Positions 38,930-50,634 of a stretch of DNA of 64,000 bases are shown here, in pieces. The stretch spans positions 558,001 to 622,000 of the forward strand of contig OZ176055.1 of NCBI GenBank assembly GCA_964247055.1, given 5' to 3'. Numbering within the stretch: position 1 is the stretch's first letter; every line of letters starts with the position of its first letter. Both the position numbers and the translations under genes were made by a program. The notes beneath the pieces were generated by a model that did no database searches, was not told the origin of the DNA, and saw nothing but the letters and a program-made list of their open reading frames with translations. This DNA is from Paragordius varius. Its lineage: Eukaryota > Animalia > Nematomorpha.

Positions 38930-39600
38930 GCTTTTCTTGTGTTAACTAGGTCTTGCTAATAAGTTCGTTTTGAATGTTAATATCTAAAATGTTGTTTAAA
39001 CGGGGACACCAAGCTTCCAAAGCTCTATTACTTATACTGACGTTAGAAAAACGCTCAGTTGTGCTAATGGCATTTACTTCACTGTTTTTTTGTTAAAGGC
39101 ATTTTCCCAATCATAAGGTCTGGTTGGATCTAATGAATAGCAGTTTTGGGTATCTGTTATAATTAGATCAGCTCTGTGGCGATAAGCATCAACTGAATGA
39201 TTTTTAGAAAATATTTTATATTTTGCCGACATATCAAATTGATTTTGTGACTAAAAATATTTGGGTGTCAGGAGCTGTATCCCTTAAAGGCGTTAATTTT
39301 AACAGAGCAAGTTTCATTTCATGCAATGTCTACAGTTTATTAATCTGGCTTGACTGTAGTTAGTCTAGTGCTGTAAAGAAATCTTTAATCACAATATCCT
39401 AGATTTTGCTCGTTTAAAAATAAGTTTTGAGGTGATTTATCAAGGGCAACAGATTGTATTATCTTTTTTTCTTTTGATTATCCTTTTAACTTACTGACTA
39501 ACGAATGTTTTAAATTGGCATTAACAATATTTTTGTTGGATGGACGGAAATGGTTAACCACTATTTGATGCAAGTAATTTTGTCCTCATGTGTGCGGGCT
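38930..39600 (-). mobile_element. Ancient RLE fossil, second array copy
   Basis: Paralogous to 26340-26910 and 46180-46530. Confidence 0.65.
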
Positions 39601-39926
39601 TCATGTAATAATTTCAAGTATTAATAATGAATTAAAAACGGTAAGCTTTGGCCTCATACGAAATATAACCTAAATTTTATATCCATGTATCAGCATAGAG
39701 AATTTTTTTGGAATGTGAAAATTTCACATTTATAATTTTCAGTTTATTCTAATTTATTTTTGTTTATCATCAATCATTCATCACCAACATTTATTATTAA
39801 AAAATACTACGTTGACGTATTAATAATATTTTAATAGGAATTAACGGATATTTAATTTCGATTATCATTTTATATTACGGATTTTACAACTTTTAATATA
39901 ATATATTATTAAAATAAATAAATTTT

Positions 39927-40051
39927 AGAACCCGGCAGCCAGAAATTATGCGCTCGGCTTGCCCCCATTTGGGGCAATCGTAGCCTTCAACTTGGCCGAG
40001 GTGCAATGACCAAGTCTCAAACTAAGGGTATCGCCTTCTTGATCGCGATGG
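39927..40051 (-). pseudogene. U1: U1a remnant from nt 22, SL4 half deleted
   Basis: Reverse complement CCATCGCGATCAAGAAGG...GCATAATTTCTGGCTGCCGGGTTCT. Confidence 0.93.
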
Positions 40052-41079
40052 TTACAATTTATTAAATAAATAATATAAATATTTTAAATACATTGCTGTA
40101 AAAGAAAATGCAAAGGTAGGAATTAATAGATAATATAGAATTTATAAATAGTAACACGGGGGGATGAAAATGGAGATTGCAGGAACTAATTTTGGCCTGA
40201 ACAGAAAGGCGGGATGACGGCTGAGGCAACTACGGGAAATTCAGGTTGAGGTTGAACGTTTCTGCCACTGATGAACAGATGGTAGATGTCGCAGGAGGCT
40301 TTGAGAACTTTTGCGATGAGTTCTTGTTTAAAACAGGTGGGATATTTGATTTTAAGTGTGTCAAAGAGTTTATCGTTGGGCGGGTACCACGAGCCTAGGG
40401 CTCCTATAACTACAGGAATTATTTCAACATTTGGGTTCGTTTTAGAGAGATTTCAGATTAAATGATCATATTTAGTAACTTTATTGTTATATGCGTCCTC
40501 TAATGAGGAGATTCTGTTTTTATATGGGATTGTAGGATCGATAATGTAACAGTTGGTATTGTCGGTTATAATTAGATCAAGTCGTAGATTAGAATCACCA
40601 ATTCTTTGATTTTCCGATATAACGGTGAATTTTTGGGGTAATATTGATTTAATGTAATCTACAACTTTGTTATGACGCTGAGTAACAATGCCTGTGTCTA
40701 ACAGGCAGTGGTTAATTACATGGGACGCGGATTCAATTCGATTCTTGCATCTTCTGCAAGTAGTATCGTCGAACCTTCCCGGTTTGCTGTTAAGAGGGAG
40801 AAGGTTAAGTCTGGCCCTTTGAATAAATCTCCAGTCCTTAAACCTCCGGTTTTTGCACAAGAATAAAAAGGATTGGGAAGATTTATCCAAGGCTACACAT
40901 TCCATTATCCTTCCTTGGTTTGCAAGTTGGTGGAAATTCAGGTCCTTCTCACCTCTTATTGCATTCCGGAAAAGGTGGACGAAGGAATTTTTTATGTCCG
41001 GGACTATTAGACGTTCATGAAATTGAATGACGGAAGAGTCACCTAGCGGGACCCAGGTCGCACCCAGTGAGATTGAAGA
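40052..41079 (-). mobile_element. U1a-inserted alpha-type element, 5'-truncated (~1 kb)
   Basis: 150-aa CCHC-RLE ORF at 40453-40905; 3' end TAATAAATTGTAA at U1 nt 22. Confidence 0.92.
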
Positions 41080-42701
41080 ATCAAATTCACTTAGATGTTA
41101 ATCCTGCAAAATGCTCAAATATTAATGTCAACAGCGAGTGTACTTTTTTGATAAACGAAATAAAAATTCCTAATTGTGAGGCCACCAAACCATAAAATAT
41201 CTGGGAACAATAGGGTTATTCCTTACCATTCCCATTCCAGATATTAAATTAGCTGATAAAATTGCTAAATCTAACCCTGCCCCTTAATTAAACGCAATCA
41301 AAAACTTACCCAACTTTAACGTATTACCTACGATTAAATCAATTTAACTTCTTGCATCGAGGAATAAGGGAGCCCTTGGAATCCTGCAGCTAAAAACGAT
41401 TTTAACATTTTTAGAATTGATCCACTCTTTAAATTGATTCATTCAAATGACCCAATGGTCAAAAAATATGCTCAGGAAGAGCTTAACGCAAGAGTCAAAA
41501 AAGATATAGTACCTCTACCACATCTCATGATTAAATATGCAACTACCTTTCCGGCAAGGAAGATGATGCGAGCGGCCATATTAATTACGTGAACGTATGG
41601 TCACTTGCTCGCAAATCTTCAATCTCGCTTGCCGCGACTTGGGTCCCCCTAGGTGAATCTAGCCATTCAGTTCCGTCAAAGTCTAATAGTCCCAGATTTA
41701 AAAAATTTCCTTGTTCACCTGTTTCAGAATACTAAGAGATGAGAAGCTGAATTTCTACCACCGTGCAAACCAAGGGATGATATTGGAATTTTTGCCTTGG
41801 ATAAATCTTTCCGTTTCTTCTTATTCTCAGGCAAAAACCTAAGATTTAAGGATTGAAGATTATTTATAGGGCTAGACTCAACCTTCTCCTTCTTAACTGC
41901 AGACCGGGAAGGTTCGACGATACCTCTTGCAGAAGGTGCGAAATTCGGATTGATGGGTCCCATGTAATTAATCACTGCCTGATAGAAACAGGGTTTGTTA
42001 CTCAACGTCATAACAAGTTGTAGAGTATATTAAATCAATATTACCCAAAGAATTCACTGTTATATCCGAAAATCAAAAAGTTGGTGAATCAAATTTACGA
42101 CCTGATTTAATAAGAACCGACAATACCAACTGCTACCTAATAGACCCGACAATTCCCTACGAGAACATAGTCTCCTCAATACAGGACGCATTTAACAATT
42201 GGCTTTCTAAGTCTGATCTTTTAATCTGCACCCTCACTGGAAAGTACTCGAATGTTCAAATCATACCTGTAGTTATAGGAGCCCTAGGTTCGTGACCCCC
42301 AAATGGAACAAAATACCCCACCCGTTTCAAACAAGAACTCATCGCGGAAGTTCTCAAATCTTCCTGCGACATCTACCATCTGTTAATCAGTGGTCGGAAC
42401 GTTCAACCTCTATCTAACTTCCGTATTTGCCTCACCCGTCAAACAACCTCGGTACCGTTAGTCCTATGCAATCTCCCAATCACTCAGTTTCTTCAGCTCA
42501 TTTTTTTAATATATATTTTATTCTCACAAATATAATTAATTCCATATACCGTTATATCCTTTTTTTACTTTATACAAATGTCATTTTTAGTAAAGCAATA
42601 GATGTGATTTTATTTCCATTTATTCATATATATTCATTCCCTTTTCTTTTACAGCAATGTTTATTAATATGTTCATATTATATTTTTTAATAAATTATAA
42701 T
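41080..42701 (+). mobile_element. U1b-inserted gamma-type element, 5'-truncated and decayed
   Basis: KYLG to RLE remnants; the 3'UTR matches 30350-30589 and 57130-57400. Confidence 0.88.
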
Positions 42702-42844
42702 TTTCTTTGATCAAGAAGGGAGATATCCTAGTTAAAATTTAACCATTGCACTTCGGTTTTGCTGATAGCTCTAACTACTCCAAATTGGGGTACGTTAACC
42801 GCATAATTTATGGGTTTTAACAGTTTGCGTTCGCGCTTACTACC
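42702..42844 (+). pseudogene. U1: U1b 3' remnant from nt 22
   Basis: GATCAAGAAGGGAGATATCC, CCATTGCACTTCGG, GCATAATTTATGG and GCGTTCGCGC are all present. Confidence 0.93.
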
Positions 42845-42884
42845 TTATATCTAATAAGCTAAAATTTACTTTTTTAAAAAAACA

Positions 42885-43520
42885 TTTTTTTCTTGACGGA
42901 TGTTGAGAGAGGACTAAGGGGGGTATTAATCAGAGGTTGGATGTTACGAACACTTATAAATAGGTGGTAGATATCGCAGGAAGATTTGAGCACTTCCGCG
43001 ATGAGCTCTTGTTTGATACACTTAGGGTATTTTATTCCAAGTGCATCGAAAAGTTTGTCATTTCGGGGGAACCATGAGCTAGATCTCCTATCACTACAGG
43101 GATAATTTCAACGTTTAAGTGTTTTTTTGAAAGGAAACAGATCAGGTGGTCATACTTGGTAAGTTTGGTAGTGTAGGCATCATCTACGGATGAGATTCTG
43201 TTTTCGTAAGGAATTGTAGAATCGATGATGTAGCAATTGCTAGGTAATCCAAGTCCGGTCTTAAGTTTGAGTCATCAACCTTTTGATTCTCTGATCGCGA
43301 ACCTTTTTGGCATAATGATTTTGATTTAATCGACCACCTTGTTGTATCGCTCGGTGACAATACCTGTGTCTATGAGGCATTGGTTATTTCTGATTCAATC
43401 CAGTTCTTGCACCTTCGTCAAGTGTTATTATCGAACCTTCCAGGTTTGCAGTTAAGGGGGAGCAGGTTGAGTCTGGCCCTATGATCTAGTCTTTAAACAG
43501 GTTTTTGCCAGAGAATTAGT
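42885..43520 (-). mobile_element. Antisense RLE remnant behind U1b
   Basis: Same internal deletions and downstream flank as 30765-31395. Confidence 0.85.
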
Positions 43521-46179
43521 AGAAAAGCGTGCTTCATACTATTATGAGACATGATGGAAACGATGTGAAAACTCTGTAAGACATTATAAACTGTTTTATA
43601 TAATATGATGCTGAACATTTGTATTACCTCAGAATTTAGATTAAAGGGTTCGTTTCTTTTCGATATTATGTTATATGTAAATTAAGGTTTCAAAATTTCC
43701 TAATTTGGAAGTAAACAAATCTTCATAAAATTTTGAAGTTATACAAACTTTCATCCACGAATTATATAAAATTTTTTTATAAGATTTTAAAGCCTTTTTA
43801 TACAGTTTCCATCATTCAAAATAGTATGACGTACGTCTCAACAATGCTAAAAATAAAATTTTTGGTTATGCATTTTTTTAAAATCTTTTTAGTTGATAAA
43901 GAGCATATATTTAAATCTCGTAATCTCGGCATTTTTGCGTTTATTACAAAGGGACAAGCCTATTTTATAGCGAAGCCTACTAATAATTAAAACTTTTTTA
44001 AAATATTAAGCTTTCACCAAAAAAATTATTTAAAAACTTGAGCAAATTTTTCCATTTTCTGATATAAGGCAGATACACAAATTAACAAATTTTATTATAT
44101 CACTCAAAAGGAATACAACTAAAAGCACCATGATAATCCTGATTTATTTTTAAGACTTAGATTCAAGATGGGGTATTTAAATACCGCAGACCAATCTTGA
44201 GTTATTTTTAAAAAACTACTGAAGGAAACGGTCCCAATTTAAATTTATCCTTATATAATAATAAAAATTATTTAATTATGTTAAATATATAAATAAAATT
44301 TTGTTTTAAAAAAAGTTCCATGTCAAACTAGACGCCATTTTTATTTTACAAATTTTTTGCAAAATATCGTCTTAATTTAATTTTAACAGTAAAATTTAAG
44401 TTAATTTTGTTTAAATTATAACATGGAATAGAAAAAGCGGTTAATTTTGTGTTATTTTTTAATTTTACCATTGCACACATATCACGTTGACTTAATTTCT
44501 ACTTTTCGGATTTAGCTTAAAATAACTAATATCAAGTATTTTTGAATAAACTTTTTTATATATTTCGGTTTATTAATGTTATTAAGTGCAAAATTTTGCC
44601 TTTCGATTGCTTCCATATTATTGAAAGAATTTAATTTTAAACAGACCTGGGGTATTTGACTACCCCAATTTTAATAATCAGATCATATATATTAGATCAG
44701 GTTTTTTATACCCCCTGATTTTGCCTCTACTAGTGCAAATTTGCAATGGTTTTAATATATTCCATATTTTTAGAAATATTTATGATAATGGCCTGGTGTC
44801 CTACTTACCTCATTTGAATCGGATGAAACAATTGAATTATATGTAAACATATAGAACGACTAATTTTTATCATATGTTTATACTTATTTCCCCCCAACTC
44901 CAATTTAAATGTTAGATTTCTAAAGCTATGCGGATAAGTAACTACCCATATATATTTATAGATAATATAAGAGGCTTGGAGTTAACAGAAATACTATTTA
45001 GGTGATGATGTATGTTTGTTACCACTTGTTTTACCAAGATCTCTATCCACCTGACATTGGAATATACAGTATTAATTAATATATTTAAAATTTAAATATT
45101 TATAATCATATTTCTTACTTCATTCTAAAAAAACCTCCTAATTTTGTTTTTTTGTATTTTTGATATTAATATAAGCTATAACATTTATTAAGAAAATTGA
45201 CTAATATATACCATGATTAATTTTTTTTACGAAACTATTAATTTTCATTAGTTTAGCGCAGTGTTTTTAACACTATATATTAAGGGGTAATGCGGTATGT
45301 TTCAACGCTTTTTGGATAGACCATTTTATTTAAAAATGTAATTTATATCACCTTAAAATTAAGCATATACATATCTTTAAACTTCTAAATTTTTGGTCTA
45401 CATTTTATTTTTCTTTTAAAATATCTGTCCATACATTAAACAATTATTTATTTAGTATGTTAACATTAGTTTACATCCCATAACTTTCCAAGGAAGCTTA
45501 AATTTTTAACTAATATTTAATACTTCATTATTATTGTGCTTCTTACTTTATAGACGATGTATATTGAAGTGTGTGTGCTATAGCTTTAAAATTGTAATAA
45601 ACTTAAAAATATGGATTCCTTAGCCTTTTGAGCACACGAATTAAAAAATATTAAAAATTTAAAATTGTTGAATAATCCTCAACTTAAACTAGCCGCTATT
45701 TTTGTTTTTAAAATCGCTAAACAACAAACAAATAATTTTATAATTATGTTAATAATGTAAATATTTTATTTGAAAAAGCTTTCAAATGCAGTTGAGAATT
45801 ATATTGACATTTATCAAATCGAATATAAGCAGTTTTTCAGTTTTTAAGCTATATGAAATTGCACTCTAGAAGTGTATAACTTTGATAATTTTACACGAGA
45901 AAAGGGGTTTTTAAATTTTAATTAAAAAACTCATAAAACAGTAGATTATATTATAATTTAAGCTTTGGCGTCAAAAATTACCCGAAAATGTTAACATGGA
46001 AATTATATGAAGATTTTTGAATAAAACGAAATTGTATATTTTATTATCGAGTAAGAATAGATGAAAGCGGGATTATAATTAATAAAATGTATTTAGGCAA
46101 GTGGTTGTAGTTATAATGTCATCATCATTTGTAAGATGTTATCCACTGATAATAAATAGTAGGTTTTTATTGTGCTAAC

Positions 46180-46530
46180 TAAGTCTTGCTAAAGTTTAAG
46201 GCCGTTTTGAATGTTGGTAATCAAAATGTTGTCTAAAGGAAACCAAGCTTTCAAAGCTCCGATCACTTATACTGACGTTAGAAAAACGCTCAGTGTAAGT
46301 GTGTGCTAATTGCGTATACTTCGCTGTATTTTGTTAAGCATTTTCCAAGTCATAAGGTCTGGTTGGATCTAATGAATAGCAGTTTGAATCCAGTCTTTGC
46401 CGATATGCATTAACTCTTGATTTTTAGAAAATATTTTATATTTTGGCGTTATTGTTTTTGCGAATAAAAATATTTGGGCGTCAGGAGCTGGATCCTTTAA
46501 AGGCGTTAATTGCAATAGAGCCCTAAAAAA
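46180..46530 (-). mobile_element. Ancient RLE fossil, third array copy
   Basis: Minus-strand KYTQLAHTYTERFSNV / VIGALKAWFPLDN vs the family's KYDHLICSLSEKYSNV / VIGALGSWYPRND. Confidence 0.7.
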
Positions 46531-46680
46531 ATTTAATAAAGTAAGCTTTGGCCTCAGACCAAATATAACAGCAGAATACGAACTTCATATTTATTATTTT
46601 CAGTTAATATTTAATCATTAACTAAGTAAACACATTACTAATATGTATATTGTTAAACTAAATTAATTTTGTATGTAAAA

Positions 46681-46842
46681 GGTTCTGCGCGTACGCAGAA
46701 CCCGGCAGCCAGAAATTATGCGCTCGGCTTGCCCCCATTTGGGGCAATCGTAGCCTTCAACTTGGCCGAGGTGCAATGGCCAAGTCTCAAACTAAGGGTA
46801 TCGCCTTCTTGATCGCGATGGGCCCTCGCGCCAGGTAAGTGC
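46681..46842 (-). ncRNA. U1: U1 spliceosomal snRNA, isoform a, uninterrupted (162 nt)
   Basis: (GC)ACTTACCTGG 5'ss-recognition end, SL1 loop GATCAAGAAG with ATCGC/GCGAT stem, SL2 loop ATTGCAC, helix H GCGC/GCGC, Sm site ATAATTTCTGG and a perfect SL4 hairpin. The first two nt read GC rather than AT. Confidence 0.95.
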
Positions 46843-46879
46843 TTATACGATAAACGTTGTTTTGATATAAATTTTTTTC

Positions 46880-46900
46880 TTAACCGAAAGTTGGGTATCA
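46880..46900 (-). promoter_or_regulatory. Possible PSEA-like snRNA promoter element
   Basis: TGATACCCAACTTTCGGTTAA at about -58 to -38 resembles the insect PSEA (TAATTCCCAACT...). It is poorly conserved in the paralogous spacer. Confidence 0.35.
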
Positions 46901-47780
46901 AATATAATATCTCATATTAGATTCTATCTAAATGCGATGTAATCCATAAGAAATTGACCTTTACCAAATGGACTATTATAATCAAGATGCACAATTCCAG
47001 GGAGACTGGATGATTTCCAATATTCAATGCATAAAGTAGATATAGAGGGCGTTTATATTTACTATATTTAAAATGCGTCAATATTACATTCGTTACACAT
47101 ATATAATTTGTGTTTAGTATGTTACATTTTATATTACATTAGGAATGTATATATACATACAAAAAAATGGTCTTAAATTAAAAAATTTCCTCAATCCATC
47201 AATATTTTGTGTTCAAAATATAATGTTATCTTTTAGAAAGGATTTTTTATAACATAAAATGTGTACATTATTAAATAAACAAAAATAATGTTTGGCAATA
47301 GTAAAATTGTCGTACTTTAAGCATTTTTTTTGTTTTTAACCATACTATCCTGTAAAATTATACTGTATAAGTTATCCCTCTATTTTTTACCTTAATTGTT
47401 TACATAGTTACTTTTTTTCACGTGCGTTTGAATTTATTTTATTAAGGAAAGGTGCAATAACATATCATTGTCTATATAATTTTTATTTTTTATACATTTG
47501 AAAATAATTTTTTATAAATACTAGCAAGTATCAATTTGTGTGTAAAATAATAACTATAGAAAGAAAGATTTTTTTATGAGAAAATAATTACAGTAACATT
47601 GCGGTTTTTATTTACTAAAAAGAATAATTACATATTTGTATAAAAAAATCTTATGTGCAACAAAAACATGTGTTAAATAGAAATGGCCCATTTTACAAAT
47701 GTTTAAATACCAACAACTTTAAATTGATTATATACATGTATTATTTATAAGGGTATAATATAAACCAACGTAAAATATTA

Positions 47781-47942
47781 CAGTAGCTTATGGCATAAAA
47801 CAATTTTAGTCCATAAAAAAATAAAAATTGTTTTTTTAAAAACAAGGGGATTTTATGGATAATGTCCATATACAACTCGGGTTGTTTTTATTAAAAAAAT
47901 TATCTATTATGGGCCAATAATGTTTTATGCTATTCGCTACTG
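47781..47942. mobile_element. Short TA|CAGTAG-type MITE
   Basis: TACAGTAGCTTATGGCATAAAACA vs the reverse complement TGCAGTAGCGAATAGCATAAAACA; it sits at the spacer position equivalent to 17667-18118. Confidence 0.55.
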
Positions 47943-48253
47943 CATTTTTAAATCGGTATCCCAGACTTTTTGAAATGTATAACTTTGTAATGCCATATAT
48001 ATGAAAATTCGTGATGTTAAAAAACATAACATGTACATATACGCCCTCTTTTCATATTAAACTTTCATAATATTGAAATTTACATTGAAATTTGATTCAA
48101 TACAAATATTTTTTTAAGTCTATCATAAAGTACTTTTGCGATATCAAATGTTATATTAATGATATTTTTTTCTAATTGTTACTCATTTTCAAACGGCACA
48201 CCCTTTTCAAGCATGTTAACAAATTTATATAAATACAGGCAAAAATGGTTAAA

Positions 48254-48417
48254 ATACTTACTTGGCGCAGGATTTTTCTCCGATCAAGAAGGGAGATATC
48301 CTAGTTAAAGGCTAACCATTGCACTTCGGTTTTGCTGATAGCTATAACTACTCCAAATTGGGGTACGTTAAGCGCATAATTTATGGGTGTTGGCGGTTTG
48401 CGTTCGCGCTTACCGCC
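48254..48417 (+). ncRNA. U1: U1 spliceosomal snRNA, variant isoform b, uninterrupted (164 nt), C9U
   Basis: ATACTTACTTGGCGC; SL1 TCTCC-GATCAAGAAG-GGAGA; SL2 loop ATTGCAC; Sm site ATAATTTATGG; SL4 GGCGG...GCGTTCGCGC...CCGCC. Confidence 0.95.
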
Positions 48418-48454
48418 TTATTATTTGTATGGTAAAATTTAGTTTTTTTTAAAA

Positions 48455-50634
48455 ATTTATTTTTTCTAAAGCACGGATGTTGATTTTTGGGGAGAGTACT
48501 ATGGAGGTTTTTATTCAGATGCTAGATATTCCGAACATTTATGAAAAGGTGGTAGATATCGCAGGAAATTTTGAGCACTTCCACGATGAGTTCTTGTTTG
48601 ATACGGTTGGGGTATTTTATACCGAATACATCAAATTTTGTCACTTCAAGGGACCATGAGCCTAGAGCTCCTATCACCACTGGGATAATTTCAACTTAGA
48701 ATATTTTGAAAAAAAGAGCAAATCAAATGATCGTATTTTGTAAGCATCTTCTGATGATACTCTATCATAAGGGATTGTGGGGTCGATAATGTAACAATTG
48801 GTATTATCAGTTATCACTAGGTCGGGACGCAGGTTTGAGTCATCAACCTTTTGATTTTCGGAGATGATCGAGAATTTTTTAGGTAGTATTGATTTATTGT
48901 AGTCAACCACTTTGTTGCGACGCTCGGTGACAATACCTGTGTCTAACAGGCATTGATTTATCACATGAGATCCGGATTCGATCCGGTTCTTGCACCTTCT
49001 GCAAGATGTACCGTCAAACCTTCCCGGTTTGCTATTAAGAGGGAGAAGGTTGAGTCTAGCCCTATGGATAAATCTTCAATCCTTAAACCTCAGGTTTTTG
49101 CCTGAGAATAAGAAGGAATGTGAAGATTTATCCAAGGCGACACATTCCATTATCCTACTTTGGTTTGCAAGGTGGTGGAAATTGATGTCCTTCTCACTTC
49201 TTATTGCATTCCGGAAAAGGTGGACGAGGGAATTTTTCATGTCTGGGACAATTAGACGTTCATGAAATTGAATAGCGAAGGAAGAGTCGCCTTGAGGGAC
49301 CCAGGTCGCACCCACTGAGATTGAGGACCTGCGAGCGAGTGACCATACGTTAGCGTAGTTGATATGGCCACTCGCCTCCTCTTCCTTGCCAGAGAGATAA
49401 TTACATATTTGGACATTGGATGGAGACGAGGTAAGTCTGTATCTTTTTTTTACTGTTGCCTTAAGTTCATCCTGAGCGTATTCTTTCACCATGGGGTCAT
49501 TTGAATGAATTAGTGTGAAAGCAGCGTCAATCCTGAATATGTTGAAATCAGTTTTTAGCTGCTGAATACCTAAGGCTTCCTTACTCCTGGATGCAAAGAT
49601 ATAGTTGTTTGTAGCATCTTTTTGGAGCCCTAGTATTGGTTTCAGTATGCTCATCATTTTCGTGTCTAATTTTTCGCTTGTAGCGTAGTTGAACTGATTT
49701 AGACGTAGGAAATAGGTTAATGTGGGGTAATAAAAACTTTTGATAGCATCTAATTTTTGCCAAGGAGCAAGATTAGATTTCGCTATTTTATCCGCAAGTT
49801 CAATATCTGGGAGGGGAATAGTAGGGAATAACCCTATTGGATTTCCCAGATATTTTATTGTTTGATGAACGCCACAATTGGGAATCCTTATATCATTTAT
49901 CAAGAAAAAGGAGTCACTGTTGACATTTATGTTTGAGCATTTAAGCGGGCTGACATCTAGAAGAATTTGCTTGAGTTCGTTGACTAGTCAATATTAAGTT
50001 GATGCTCTATTTTATTTTGGGATATGCATATGATGTCATCAGCATATGCATACAGCTCAATCCCTTTATTGGAGGCTCGCTTCATGATTTCATTCAATCC
50101 GATAATGAAAAGAAAACCTGAGAGGGGGCATCCTTGTTTGATGCCCCTGCCAAGTTTGACCGGAGCGGTAAACTCATTACCGGCGCGGATCGATGTGGTG
50201 GCCATTGATAACGAATTTGCGAGGAGGGAGATCGTGCCTTCCGATATACCCACCCTTTTCAGGTTGTGTAGAATGAACGGGTGTAGGATTTTATCGAAGG
50301 CATTGGCTATGTCTATGCAGGTGATATTTGCATGTTGTTTCTTTGCTTTAAAAGCATCAAGTTTAGATTTTATTATATAATTCAGCTCAAAGCACCCGTC
50401 ATAAGGGAGGAAGCCCTTTTGACGGGGAGCTAGAAGTTGATTTGAGACGAGATGCTTACTAATTTTATTGGCGACAAGTGCAGCGAATAGCCTATAAAGG
50501 CATCTAGTGAGGGCGATGGGTCGCCAATTTTTTAATGTGTTTTTGTCACCATGTTTGTGGATTAAAATGGTGGTTGAATGATTCCATGTGGTAGGGATCT
50601 TTTTGTGCAGTAAACATAAATTAAAAAGTTTGGT
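48455..50634 (-). mobile_element. Antisense element copy behind the intact U1b (RT to RLE, no 3'UTR)
   Basis: ORF fragments of 275, 89 and 96 aa; 49021-50634 is the near-perfect reverse complement of 51136-52745. Confidence 0.92.

Noticed and set aside
43733-43990. 85-aa ORF in the spacer
   Set aside because: The composition is AT-driven (F/K/I-rich), it has no recognisable motif, and it is not reported as an ORF in the paralogous spacer at about 33.9 kb.
46798-46820. ATCGCCTTCTTG resembles the 5' end of U2 snRNA (the Utopia target)
   Set aside because: It is the reverse complement of U1 stem-loop I. I saw no U2 branch-site region or other U2 feature in the window.
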